From Candidatus Woesearchaeota archaeon (GTDB lineage Archaea; Nanobdellota; Nanobdellia; Woesearchaeales; GCA-2686295), in the NCBI GenBank assembly GCA_937912225.1, contig CALDOJ010000036.1, forward strand, positions 31,191 to 95,190: a DNA stretch of 64,000 bases. Reading direction: 5' to 3'. The translations under genes were made by a program, and so were the position numbers. Below the pieces are notes generated by a model. It saw only the letters and a list, made by a program, of their open reading frames with translations, made no database searches and was not told the DNA's origin. Below, piece after piece: positions 9,311 to 19,775 of this stretch. Numbering within the stretch: position 1 is the stretch's first letter; the number at the start of each line of letters is the position of its first letter.

Positions 9311-10584
9311 TTTTTCTTTTCTAATTTTAATTCTAATTCTTTAACTTGTTTTTTTAATTCAACCATTTTCATTTCTCGTCCAACTGTTAAATTACTAAAT
9401 TTTTCTAGTTGTTCAATTTTTATTTTAAGCTCTTTTGTTCGGCTTTCTACTTCTGATTCTAATTCTTTCTCGTGATTTTTAATTTTATTATTTGATGTTT
9501 TTAACTCATCAGACATTTTATTAAATGCGACTGATAATTCTCCAAGTTCGTCTTTTGACTTGACTTGAATTTTATAATTAAGATTTTCTTTTGCGAATTC
9601 TTCAGTTCCTTTAACTATTTCTCCTAAAGGCGAAGTTATTGTTTTTGAAAAAAGGAATGCGAAAATACTTGCAAAAATTGTAATTAATAAACTAACAAAA
9701 ACTGTTGCTTTCATCAAATCATTTACTGGCTGTAATGCTTCTTCTGTATCTATGGCTGCTAACAGACAAATTTCTCGTTCTGGAATCCAAATATGATAAT
9801 CTATCACTTCAATATTTCTATAACCAATATATTTCAAAGAACTTTCTTTTCCGTCTAAGCAATCTTCAACACCTGAATTATAAATTGCGCCTTTAAGAGC
9901 CATGTCGTCTTTAAATCTTGATTCTGTTAACATATAATTAAATTTGTTCACTAAGTATGTTTCTCCTGTGTCACCCATACCAGAACGTTCAGTCAATATT
10001 GAACTAATAACTTTTAGATTAACTCTGCCAACCAATACTCCTTTAACTATTCCATTTTCATCTTTTATTGGTGTTGAAACAGTCATAGAAGGTAAATTTA
10101 ATGATAAATCATAATAAAAAGGTTGAATATAAGATTCTGTTAAACCACGCTTAAAATAAATTTCATTTGATTTAATCTTGCCTTCTTGTTTTTTATCAGT
10201 TGACATATGGGCTATGCCTTTTTCATTTAAGATAAATAATTCAAAAAAATTTTGACTTGGAGAATTTAAAGTTTTTATTAAATAATCTTGAAGTTTATGA
10301 TGAGCAATCATATCATTAGAATTTGAAACTTCATGAAAATTATTCATAGCATAAAATAAATTCAGAAGAGTCTCATCTTGAGATAATTCTTCTAAATGAT
10401 ATTTTTCTTCAATAATAAAACTTTCAACTTGATTGGCTTTTAATACTGCTATACTTTCTAATTGAGATCGGACTCTATCTTCAATAGAAGATTTACCTAT
10501 TATAAAAAAAATTAAACTACTTACAAGTATAATTATTAGAGCTAAACTAATAAACACGCTTATTAATTTTATACTTAGTTTCAA
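9307..10584 (-). CDS. Membrane sensor protein (Cache-like ectodomain + HAMP + coiled coil) with no kinase or other output domain
   Basis: Two TM helices flank a ~270-aa ectodomain. HAMP-like ITSPLGEIVKGTEEFAKENLNYKIQVKSKDELGELSVAFNKMSDEL. Ends in a coiled coil. ATGA overlap with the kinase gene. TTG start after AGAGGT. Confidence 0.7.
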   Translation of the reverse strand: MKLSIKLISVFISLALIIILVSSLIFFIIGKSSIEDRVRSQLESIAVLKANQVESFIIEEKYHLEELSQDETLLNLFYAMNNFHEVSNSNDMIAHHKLQDYLIKTLNSPSQNFFELFILNEKGIAHMSTDKKQEGKIKSNEIYFKRGLTESYIQPFYYDLSLNLPSMTVSTPIKDENGIVKGVLVGRVNLKVISSILTERSGMGDTGETYLVNKFNYMLTESRFKDDMALKGAIYNSGVEDCLDGKESSLKYIGYRNIEVIDYHIWIPEREICLLAAIDTEEALQPVNDLMKATVFVSLLITIFASIFAFLFSKTITSPLGEIVKGTEEFAKENLNYKIQVKSKDELGELSVAFNKMSDELKTSNNKIKNHEKELESEVESRTKELKIKIEQLEKFSNLTVGREMKMVELKKQVKELELKLEKKK

Positions 10585-10643
10585 ATTTTAAGTTCTAACC
10601 TCTTTTTTTAATAGTTCAATACATTCCAATATTTAAATCCGGT

Positions 10644-12548
10644 TCATTCTAAAAACTCAGTTGTAAAAACAGTTTCAATATCAAAAGAGTTTTCAAGTTC
10701 TCCAACAGAATCTAAATCTTCATATAGTTTCTGCCATTTTTCTTTAGTCATAAAACCTATTTTTTGTGATGAATCTGCTTTAAAATATTGAATTGAAGAT
10801 TGAAGCATGTTTTTTTGATGTACAGGGTCTAATCTTGCATCATATTCAAAAACAAATCCTGTTGAATCCTCAGGGTTTTCATAAACATACTCCCATCCTT
10901 TCAAAGTAGCTGATAAAAACTTTCTAACTAATTCCGGATTAGTTTTTATAAGCTCATCAGTTGTAAAGATAACATTATAATAACTATCAAATCCAAAATC
11001 TGAAGGGTACAAAACATTGACTTCATAATTCTCTTCTAAAGCTTCTTGTAATTCATTTATAGAAACTCCAGCAACTAAATCAACATTTTCATCAAATAAA
11101 GATTGCAAACCATATTGTTTAGATACAAAATTAATATTTGAAGAATCAACACCATTATTTTCTAAAAGAATCTTTTTGATGATTGCTTGTGAACCAATAC
11201 TTGCAATAGTTGTTCCTTCTAAATCTTTAAGAGATAAAATATTTTTTTCTTTTAAAGACAAAAACACTGTTGGATTCTTATAATAAACTGCCGCAATCGC
11301 CTTTAGTTTTGCACCAGAACTAATCTTCTTCAATAAATCAATTGGAATAGTAACTCCAAATTGATCATCTCCATTTATAACTCTATCTTCAATTGACGCA
11401 TCATAACCTGCTGAATGCAAATCAACTTTTAATCCTTCAGCACCATAATATCCTAGTTGGTCTGCAGCATAGAAACCTACGAATTGATTTTGATGCAACC
11501 AAGATAATTTTACATTTACTTCTTCTTCTTCTTCTTCTTCAGAATAAATTTTCTCTAAAAATTTAGTTGTATAAACTAATTCAGAACCAATTGGTCTACT
11601 TAATATTCCTTGTTCAAATAAAATTCTTTGAGTACCTTCCCATTCTTTAGATTCCATCCACCCAAGTGGACTGTCACCAGTATGAATTAAAGGAATACTC
11701 TGACTTAACATGTAAGTTTCATGTTCTCTTGTGCTATCAACAGCGTATTTTAAAACAGTTGTAACTGTTTCTTCTTCATTCTCAATAGCGTATTGCCAGC
11801 CTTTCAAAGTAGCTCTTAGAAAATCTTCTACTAATTCAGGATTATTATTAATCATATCATCAGTTGTAAACAATACATCTGCATAAATATTAGCTCCATA
11901 ATCGGCCATTAAAATCGTGTTTACTTCATGACCTGCTTGCATTGCTAAATGTGGTTCGTTAATAATATAACCAGTTGATACATCAGTATCACCAGCTAAT
12001 AATTCAGTCGCATCATAACCAATAGTTACTTCATTAATTTGACTACGATCAATCTTAAGCCTATTCATCATAGATGCATACAAAATTCCGACATTAATAT
12101 CAGTTCCATCACTAGCTCTTTCAATACCAACAGTTTTACCAACAAAATCTTGAGGACTAGTAATTCCGCTAGTTCCTAAAGAGTAAGCAACAACTGGATT
12201 AATTTTATATATTACTGCAATAGCTTTTAGTGGTAGACCTTGTTCTCGAGCTAAAATTAATTCATCAGCACCAGTTATTCCAAATTCGACATCACCTTTA
12301 GCAACAGCAGATATGGTTGGTTCTTCAAATGAAAAAGGCTCTATATTAACATTTAATCCTTCATCAGAATAAAAACTGTTTTCTTTAGCAACATAATTAC
12401 CTGCGAATTGAGATTGATGAAGCCATTTAAGTTTTAAAGTTACATCAGTTAGTTCTTTTTCTTTAAATAAGAAAAAACTAGATAACACTAAAATAGCAAC
12501 TAAAACAATAGCTGAGTTAATTAAAAAGGTTTTTTTTGTATGTTTCAT
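10644..12548 (-). CDS. Tandem-duplicated NMT1/THI5-like (NitT/TauT-type) solute-binding protein, membrane/signal anchored
   Basis: Two homologous halves (LKLKWLHQSQFAGNYVA... and VKLSWLHQNQFVGFYAA...) joined by an E7 linker. N-terminal hydrophobic anchor. Confidence 0.65.
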   Translation of the reverse strand: MKHTKKTFLINSAIVLVAILVLSSFFLFKEKELTDVTLKLKWLHQSQFAGNYVAKENSFYSDEGLNVNIEPFSFEEPTISAVAKGDVEFGITGADELILAREQGLPLKAIAVIYKINPVVAYSLGTSGITSPQDFVGKTVGIERASDGTDINVGILYASMMNRLKIDRSQINEVTIGYDATELLAGDTDVSTGYIINEPHLAMQAGHEVNTILMADYGANIYADVLFTTDDMINNNPELVEDFLRATLKGWQYAIENEEETVTTVLKYAVDSTREHETYMLSQSIPLIHTGDSPLGWMESKEWEGTQRILFEQGILSRPIGSELVYTTKFLEKIYSEEEEEEEVNVKLSWLHQNQFVGFYAADQLGYYGAEGLKVDLHSAGYDASIEDRVINGDDQFGVTIPIDLLKKISSGAKLKAIAAVYYKNPTVFLSLKEKNILSLKDLEGTTIASIGSQAIIKKILLENNGVDSSNINFVSKQYGLQSLFDENVDLVAGVSINELQEALEENYEVNVLYPSDFGFDSYYNVIFTTDELIKTNPELVRKFLSATLKGWEYVYENPEDSTGFVFEYDARLDPVHQKNMLQSSIQYFKADSSQKIGFMTKEKWQKLYEDLDSVGELENSFDIETVFTTEFLE

Positions 12549-12566
12549 TTATTAGCCTCCAGCTCT

Positions 12567-13355
12567 TTAAATCCATTTATTAGTTATTTCTTCTATTTGT
12601 TTTCCCCAAATCATCGTACCTAATACTTGATTAACTTCATTCATCAAAAGATTATTTTCTTTCATTGAAGCTAAGCCATAAAATTCTTGAGTAAAAGGAG
12701 TACCTACTACTTTTAATGAAGGATTATTTTTAACCAATTCTAAACCTGCAATGTAATCTATAATGATTGCACTTAAGTTATCATTCAATAATGCAACTGT
12801 TGCAAGATCATAATCTTCATAAGATAATACTAAAGATTCACCAGCATATTTTACTGCTTCATCATAACTAGTTGTATCCATTTGAACACCAACTTTTTTA
12901 CCAAGTAAATCTTCAGGAGTTAAAACTGATTCATCTTCAGCACTCACAACAATTACTTGACCGGCATTAAAATAAGGGATGGAAAATAACATTTCTTGAG
13001 ATCTTTCATCAGTAATAGTTATTGAAGAAATTGCAAAATCAACTTCTCCAGCTTTCACAGCAACGAATAATTCATCCCAACCATAATTAACAAATTCAAT
13101 TTCTAAATTTAAACGCAAAGCTATTTCTCTTGCAACATCAACGTCTATTCCTGCAAATTCACCATTTTCATCTAAGAACTCCATTGGTTCATAAGGAATA
13201 TTTGTACCAACAATTAACTTTCCTCGTTCTTGTACTTTTGAAAACGAATCATCACTTAATTGTTCATTTAACAATTCATCATTAGTTGATGTACAACTAA
13301 TAGTCATCAAAGACAATATTACTAGTACTAAAAAAAACGCTTGTTTATATTTCAT
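12567..13355 (-). CDS. Family-3 (amino-acid type) solute-binding protein, probable lipoprotein
   Basis: LIVGTNIPYEPMEFLDENGEFAGIDVDVAREIA...VDFAISSITITDERS...FSIPYFNAGQ. Signal ends in MTISCTS. Confidence 0.75.
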   Translation of the reverse strand: MKYKQAFFLVLVILSLMTISCTSTNDELLNEQLSDDSFSKVQERGKLIVGTNIPYEPMEFLDENGEFAGIDVDVAREIALRLNLEIEFVNYGWDELFVAVKAGEVDFAISSITITDERSQEMLFSIPYFNAGQVIVVSAEDESVLTPEDLLGKKVGVQMDTTSYDEAVKYAGESLVLSYEDYDLATVALLNDNLSAIIIDYIAGLELVKNNPSLKVVGTPFTQEFYGLASMKENNLLMNEVNQVLGTMIWGKQIEEITNKWI

Positions 13356-13368
13356 ATTTATTTCACCT

Positions 13369-16300
13369 TCATTGTTTTTTCTTTAATCGTTTAATTTCTT
13401 CTTTTAGTTTGATCATTTGTAATTCTCTATTAATTGCATACGTATGAAATTTTTCAAGTTCTTCAGTTCTTCTCTTCAATGCTTCATCAGATTTTTTTCT
13501 ATGAGTAACATCTCTAAGAGCTCCTGCTATTCCAATAATCTTCCCAGAAGAATTTTTAATAGGTGCTTCATCAATCTCAGCCCAAAATATTTCTCCATTT
13601 TTCTTCTTGAATTCTAAAATATAAGGTTTTTGAATTACTCCTGTCTTTAAAGCTTTCACAGTTAGTTTTAAACCTTCATCATTAATAGGGTTTTTTGTTG
13701 TTAAAGTAGTCCATTTAACCATCATCTCTTCTGGTGTGTAACCAAATACTCTTTTAGAAAGAGGATTCACATATGATAATTTATGATTTGTATCATGAAT
13801 GTAGAACATGTCATCACTATGTTCAATAATAGTTTTATATTTTTTCTCACTAGCTTCTAACAAGTTCTCTGCTTCTTTTTGATCAGTTATATCTCTAAAT
13901 ATTTCCATAATAACTTTTTTACCTTTAAGATTCATACCAACATGATTAATTTCATAAGTTCTATTCCCAGCAACCCCTGTTGTAATAATACTTCTTCGCT
14001 CACCTAATTTAATAGGTTTCTTCAATGGACAATCACCACATTGTTTTTTATTATCCTTATAAAGATTATAACATTTCTTTCCAATTGCTTTTTTTCCAAA
14101 AATGTTTAAGAAAAATTCATTCATGTAAAGAATATTTAAGTTTTCATCAACAATATCCATTCCTTCAGGTAAAGCCTTAAGAATATTTTCTGAAAACTCT
14201 TTTTCTTTTCGAAGTTCTCCTTCCGCAGTCTTTATATTTGTGATATCTGAAAGAACTCCCTCATAACCTTTCGCCACACCATTTTTATTATATACAATTC
14301 TAACACTATCTCGCACCCATTTTATATCTCCAGTCTTAGTTTTAAGTTTATACTCACTAAAAAAGTATTTATCTTTTTTCTTAAGAGCTTTATTTAAAAC
14401 AGGAGTTATACGCGTTACATCATCCTCAAACATTAGACTAACATACGATCTAACTTTGTTATTAATAACATCACTAACAGGAAAACCTGTAACTTCTTTA
14501 AATGCAAAACTTGCAAAAGAAAAAGTCCAATTCATATCACATTTGTAAACAACACCAGGAACAGTGTCTATCATATTTCTAAATTGTTCCTCGCTTTCTT
14601 TTAATTTTTCTTCTGCAAGTTTTTTATCTGTAATATCTTGAGTTGTTCCTATTAATTTAACTACAACTCCTTTCTCTTTTTTAGTTTTGCATCTTGCATT
14701 TACCCACACAATGTTCCCAGAAGGTTGAACTAAACGTATTTCTATATTATATCCAACACCTGTTTTAGTAGTATTCGCAACAGAATCATTAAATAAATTC
14801 CAATCCTTTGGATGAATATATTTCTTATGCTCTTTATAATTAAGTTCTCCTTTTTTTGGATCAATACCAAATATTTTAAATAATTGTTCAGACCAAATAG
14901 GTTGTGCAGTTTTAACATCAAAACTCCAACTTCCAATACTGGCTACTTCTTGTGCTTCCATTAATTGTTCTTCACTTACTATTAATTCTTCTTCTGCTTG
15001 TTTTCTTTCAGTAATATCTCTAATAACACCAACTACTTTAACTGGTTTATTATTCTCATAAATTAATTGTCCAGATTCTTCAGCAAAAATATATTTTCCA
15101 TTCTTAAGTTTAAGTCTGAATTCTGTTGTCGTAACTTTTCCCGTCTTCCAGAGCATTTCAAAATCTTTCATAACAGATTTCAAATCATCAGGATGAACAA
15201 AATTAGACAAAGGTTTTCCAAGAACTTCTTTTACTCTATAACCATATTTACCAATATTATCTGAAACAAAAATAATATTTCCATTAATATCATAACTATA
15301 AATTATGTCTGAGACTTTATTAACAAGAGTTTTGAATTTTTCTTCACTTTCTTTTAACTTTTTCTTTGAAAGTTCTCTGGAAGTAATATCTTGAAAAATA
15401 CAATGTGTTCTTTGAAACACACCATTTTCATCATATTCTGCAGTTCCATTATATTCAACAAGGATATGTTCGCCATTTTTTTGTTTCATAGAAAAGAGAA
15501 TATCACAAGCAGTACCTGTTTTTTTAAAATTAGAAAAATTTGATTTAAAATCATTTAATTTATCAGATGAAACAAACTCTGAAAAATTCTTACCAATAAC
15601 ATCTTGTTTTTTATATCCAAGAATGTTTAACCAAGCAGGATTAACGTCTAATAAATCCCCGTTTGAATCTAAAGATTGATATGGAACTGGAATTTTTTGG
15701 TAAACTGTTCTAAATTTATTCTCGCTTTCTATTAACTTAGTTTCAAAAAGCTTTTTTTCAGTTATGTCTTGAGTTATTCCAATTGCATTTATTGCTTTAC
15801 CTTTTTTATCAAATAATATCTTTGCTTTTTCTTTTACCCACTTTACTTTTCCTTTTACTATAATACGATGTTCAAGATTATAAACTCCAGACTTTAAACC
15901 TTCAGTCCACTTTTTAGCAACATATTCTTTGTCATCAGGATGAATGGTTGCTAAAAAACTTGATAAATTTAGAGAAGCTCCTTGTTTAACTCCAAATATC
16001 TTATAATTTTGTTCAGTCCATTCTAAAATGTCATTAACAATATCTAACTTCCAAGTTCCAATCAAACCAATTTCTTGCGATTTTAATAATTTTGATTCAC
16101 TTTCTTTTAAAGCTTCTTCTGAAAGTTTTTTTTCAGTAATATCAACTGCAGCAGCATAAATATATTTACCGGCATGCGTTGTTTGCCATTCTAAAGTTCT
16201 ATAAGAACCATTCTTATGTTTATATCGATTAACAAAATTAATTATAGAGTCTCCTTTTAGTTGTTTTTCTTTAAGCTCAACAGCTATTCTTTTTAAATCA

Positions 16301-17742
16301 TCAGGATGAGAAAGTTTAGTCCAACCAAGATCTAAAAATTCTTTTTTAGTATAACCCAACATAGATTTACAAGAATTATTAACATTAATTATAGTCCCAT
16401 CAACTTTTGAAATAGTCATTAAAACAGGCGCAGATTCAAAAATATCTTTTAATTTTTCTTCACTTTCTCTCAAATCTTCTTCTGCTTTCTTACGTTCTGT
16501 TGTTATAGTAAAATAAACTGATATGCCTTCTTTAGAAGGGTAAACTCTAACATCATACCAATTAATATAAGGTTTCTTTCCAAAAAAGATTTCAAAAGTA
16601 ACTAATTTATTATTTTTTAAAGCATAAGTATATTTTTCTTCAAATATACTTCCCTTAGCTTCTTTAAACACTTCATTAAATATTTGTTTGCCTAAAATAT
16701 CTTTGCTCTTTTTATTTAAAAGTTCTTCAGATTTTTTATTAAAATAAGTAAATCTAAGGTCTTGATTTAGTGTGAAAAATGCATCACTAATGCTTTCCAC
16801 AGTTGTTCTAAGTTTCTCTTCACTTTCAATTAATTTTTTTCCTATTCTATTTTTTCTCAGAAAATTGTTGAAAAGACCACTTATTGTTGAAATTTCGTCC
16901 TTAACTTTTTTATCTATTTTCGTCTCAGATTCAACAATATCCAAACCTATAAATCCTTTTAATTCATTGTTCTCTGTTAAAGGTATGGTGATTAAAGATT
17001 TGATTTTTTGTAATTGAAAATGTTTTTTTTCTAATTTTGCTTCAGAAGGTAATTTTGCTACACTTTCAACAACAAAAGGTTTTAGTTTTAGTATTTGTTT
17101 ATTAAACCAAGGTAATTCTTTTTTTAAATTAATATTTTTTAAATTATTTATTTCTGGCTTCACTCCTTTTCTACACCATTCATGAGTATTTGACATAAAC
17201 TTTCCTGAAACAGAAAAAATATAACTTCTATCTGCATGAAAATAATTTCCAATAGTTTCTAAAGCTTTATTTATAACATCATCAACTAATTCTTTATCAT
17301 AATCAATAAAAGACATAGAAAGTTCATTTAAGATATTCTCAAACAACAATTTTTGCTTTAAAAGTTTTTCTGCGTTTTTTTGTTCAGTAATATCTCTAAG
17401 AATTGTTTGTAAAGCAATTACTTTACCATTTTTCTTTATTGGTCGACTTTTATACTCCATAAAAAAGTTTCCTTTCGGAGCAATTATTTCAACAGAACCA
17501 TGAGTTGGTTTACCTTTAGCTAAGTCAAGCATTTCTTTTGTAAGCTGAAGAACATGTTTTTTTACAACCAATTTATACGTGGACTCACCAATTAAATCTG
17601 ATTCTTTAAAGCCATATTTATTAACTGCTTTATTTGCATAAAGAACTCTACCTTTTAGATCTATAAATAGAATTATATCTGTAAAGTTATCAAACAGGTC
17701 TGATTTAAAATTACTAGTACTAATCTCTGGTTTTTTACCCAT
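13369..17742 (-). CDS. Giant cytoplasmic multi-PAS/PAC (+GAF-like) sensor protein without output domain
   Basis: Ten recurring PAC-end linkers D[IV]T-x-[KR]K-x-EE-L-x-SE counted by eye. A GAF-like segment near residues 150-290. One PAS carries C-x10-C-x2-C. The protein ends in a short coiled coil. Confidence 0.8.
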   Translation of the reverse strand: MGKKPEISTSNFKSDLFDNFTDIILFIDLKGRVLYANKAVNKYGFKESDLIGESTYKLVVKKHVLQLTKEMLDLAKGKPTHGSVEIIAPKGNFFMEYKSRPIKKNGKVIALQTILRDITEQKNAEKLLKQKLLFENILNELSMSFIDYDKELVDDVINKALETIGNYFHADRSYIFSVSGKFMSNTHEWCRKGVKPEINNLKNINLKKELPWFNKQILKLKPFVVESVAKLPSEAKLEKKHFQLQKIKSLITIPLTENNELKGFIGLDIVESETKIDKKVKDEISTISGLFNNFLRKNRIGKKLIESEEKLRTTVESISDAFFTLNQDLRFTYFNKKSEELLNKKSKDILGKQIFNEVFKEAKGSIFEEKYTYALKNNKLVTFEIFFGKKPYINWYDVRVYPSKEGISVYFTITTERKKAEEDLRESEEKLKDIFESAPVLMTISKVDGTIINVNNSCKSMLGYTKKEFLDLGWTKLSHPDDLKRIAVELKEKQLKGDSIINFVNRYKHKNGSYRTLEWQTTHAGKYIYAAAVDITEKKLSEEALKESESKLLKSQEIGLIGTWKLDIVNDILEWTEQNYKIFGVKQGASLNLSSFLATIHPDDKEYVAKKWTEGLKSGVYNLEHRIIVKGKVKWVKEKAKILFDKKGKAINAIGITQDITEKKLFETKLIESENKFRTVYQKIPVPYQSLDSNGDLLDVNPAWLNILGYKKQDVIGKNFSEFVSSDKLNDFKSNFSNFKKTGTACDILFSMKQKNGEHILVEYNGTAEYDENGVFQRTHCIFQDITSRELSKKKLKESEEKFKTLVNKVSDIIYSYDINGNIIFVSDNIGKYGYRVKEVLGKPLSNFVHPDDLKSVMKDFEMLWKTGKVTTTEFRLKLKNGKYIFAEESGQLIYENNKPVKVVGVIRDITERKQAEEELIVSEEQLMEAQEVASIGSWSFDVKTAQPIWSEQLFKIFGIDPKKGELNYKEHKKYIHPKDWNLFNDSVANTTKTGVGYNIEIRLVQPSGNIVWVNARCKTKKEKGVVVKLIGTTQDITDKKLAEEKLKESEEQFRNMIDTVPGVVYKCDMNWTFSFASFAFKEVTGFPVSDVINNKVRSYVSLMFEDDVTRITPVLNKALKKKDKYFFSEYKLKTKTGDIKWVRDSVRIVYNKNGVAKGYEGVLSDITNIKTAEGELRKEKEFSENILKALPEGMDIVDENLNILYMNEFFLNIFGKKAIGKKCYNLYKDNKKQCGDCPLKKPIKLGERRSIITTGVAGNRTYEINHVGMNLKGKKVIMEIFRDITDQKEAENLLEASEKKYKTIIEHSDDMFYIHDTNHKLSYVNPLSKRVFGYTPEEMMVKWTTLTTKNPINDEGLKLTVKALKTGVIQKPYILEFKKKNGEIFWAEIDEAPIKNSSGKIIGIAGALRDVTHRKKSDEALKRRTEELEKFHTYAINRELQMIKLKEEIKRLKKKQ

Positions 17743-17788
17743 TTCCTCCCTCTTAATAATTTTCTAGTTTGACAGTATAAATACTTTC

Positions 17789-18925
17789 TTATTCGTCGGA
17801 ACTTTTAAACATATCTTCTGCAGTTGTTGGTTTTGTTTCAGATTCTTGTTCTGTTTGTACAACTGGTTCAGCTTTAGCAGGTGCAGAGTCTATAGATGCA
17901 AGTTCTGCAGGTGCAGTTTGTTTAACAGGTTCTTCTTCAACAGACTTTTCTTCGCTTTCACCTTCAGCTTTTACTTCTTGCTTTTTTCCTCCAAACAAAC
18001 CAAAAAGTTTTTTCTTTTCTTCAGGCTTAGATTCTTCTTCACTGTTTCTTTCTTCAGCTTCTGATTCTTCCAAATTAACCTTATACTTCTTTTGTAATTT
18101 ATCAGTTAATTGTTTAAACATTAATTTTAAATCAGTTTTTGTATGTTTACTTCTTTCGTCTAATAATTTAATAACTGTGCCTGTATGTTTCTCAAAATCA
18201 TTAAATTTGTTAAGCAAATCAACGAATTCTTTTTTCTCAGCTTTCTGATCAGTTTGAACTCTCATTTTATCAAAATCAGCTTGCATTTTTTTGAACTCAC
18301 GATTTATATCTTTAACTTGTGAATCAAATTTATCAAATTCAGAAAACTTTTTCTCAACATCTAAAAAAATCGTTTCAACTCTATCAGCATGTCTTTCAAC
18401 AATTGACTCGACTTTTTTAAGATTAGCCAACTCATTTTTTATTTCTTCATGTAATTTTATTATTTGCTCAGTTCCTTTGTAAACATCCATTTGACCACGC
18501 ATACCTTTCAACTGAGACATGATATCCTTCATCAAAGATTCATTTCCTTCAATGTTGGCCTTAAGAGCTTCAATTTTCCCATCTGTTTTTCGAAGTTCAG
18601 TCATGAATACACTTGGTTGAACTGTTTCTACTTCATCAATGGCTTTTGTGGCTTTTACTTCTACTTTTGAAAAAGCTTGTTCTAAATCATTAAGCATACC
18701 TCTAATCTCACCCATTTGTTCAGTTACAATTCCAAATCTTTCAGTAGTGGATTTTCTTATCTCATTTAAAGAATCAATCTGACCTTTTATTTTAGCCAGT
18801 TCTATTTCTACTTGTCCACCAAGATTAGCACCTCTATTTTTAGGGGATGATTCTTCTATTTCCTGCTCAGCAGGATTCTCATCACCTTCTCCTATAGTAG
18901 GGCCTGATTTATTCCAAAAAGCCAT
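17789..18925 (-). CDS. Coiled-coil protein with acidic N- and C-terminal tails
   Basis: Long heptad-like Lys/Glu/Leu core and acidic low-complexity ends. Overlaps the upstream gene by 17 nt. No family recognised. Confidence 0.45.
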   Translation of the reverse strand: MAFWNKSGPTIGEGDENPAEQEIEESSPKNRGANLGGQVEIELAKIKGQIDSLNEIRKSTTERFGIVTEQMGEIRGMLNDLEQAFSKVEVKATKAIDEVETVQPSVFMTELRKTDGKIEALKANIEGNESLMKDIMSQLKGMRGQMDVYKGTEQIIKLHEEIKNELANLKKVESIVERHADRVETIFLDVEKKFSEFDKFDSQVKDINREFKKMQADFDKMRVQTDQKAEKKEFVDLLNKFNDFEKHTGTVIKLLDERSKHTKTDLKLMFKQLTDKLQKKYKVNLEESEAEERNSEEESKPEEKKKLFGLFGGKKQEVKAEGESEEKSVEEEPVKQTAPAELASIDSAPAKAEPVVQTEQESETKPTTAEDMFKSSDE

Positions 18926-19775
18926 TATCTACCTCTTTTTTTTCTTTTAATATGTTTGACATTATTCTCTTATCCCTTATCCCTTTAATGTTTTTCGCTA
19001 ACTCAGGTTGATGAAAAACAAATTCAATCCACATTGAAAAATCATTATCATAGTTTCGTGTATGAAACTCAAAATCCTCAGGGTTCATAAAACTTAAAGC
19101 AGTTATTAAATCTTGTATTGATGTTAAAAGCTTCCCACTTTTCAAACGAAAGAATTTTTCAGGATCTATTACTAGTTCAAGTTTTGGTTCTGTAACTGTT
19201 TCATCAACTTCACTCTGAGGCTCTACTTCTAGCTTATCAGATTCTGTGGTTGTGACTGTCTCTTCAGAAGTATTTTCTGGCTTAACTGGTTCATTCTGAG
19301 GCTCTACTTCTGGTACATAAGAAGTTTCCTTCTGAACACTAGAACTTTCAGTTCTTTGTGTACTAGTAGCTTCGTTACTATTTTCTTCTTTTATATCTAA
19401 ATCTTCTCTGTTTGAATTATTCTCTTTCATTCCTTCTTCAAAAGCTTGAGCCTTTTCTTCATTTAACTTTTCTTTAATCTTTCTTTCAACTTCTGCTTTA
19501 ATATCTACCAAAGGTAATCTTGATTCTTCAATTAATTCCTCTTCTGAAAATTTTAAAATATTCTTAATAACTTCATAGTCTTCTTGTTTTCGAGTATACT
19601 GAGCCCATCGTAATTTTGAATCAAGACTTCTAAGATGAAAGTCTGCTATTGAAGGATTATGACCTTCTTTTCTTAATTCAGTTATTCTTGACTTTAACTC
19701 TCGAACATGACTTCTCAAATCCTCTGTTAAAATTTCATTTTCTTTATCCGAAACTAATTGTTTATTTTTACTCAT
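18909..19775 (-). CDS. Acidic protein with C-terminal copy of the NDF-x-W[VI] ~70-aa domain
   Basis: C-terminus KFFRLKSGKLLTSIQDLITALSFMNPEDFEFHTRNYDNDFSMWIEFVFHQPELAKNI aligns with the domains in the two upstream genes. ATGA overlap. Confidence 0.5.
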   Translation of the reverse strand: MSKNKQLVSDKENEILTEDLRSHVRELKSRITELRKEGHNPSIADFHLRSLDSKLRWAQYTRKQEDYEVIKNILKFSEEELIEESRLPLVDIKAEVERKIKEKLNEEKAQAFEEGMKENNSNREDLDIKEENSNEATSTQRTESSSVQKETSYVPEVEPQNEPVKPENTSEETVTTTESDKLEVEPQSEVDETVTEPKLELVIDPEKFFRLKSGKLLTSIQDLITALSFMNPEDFEFHTRNYDNDFSMWIEFVFHQPELAKNIKGIRDKRIMSNILKEKKEVDNGFLE

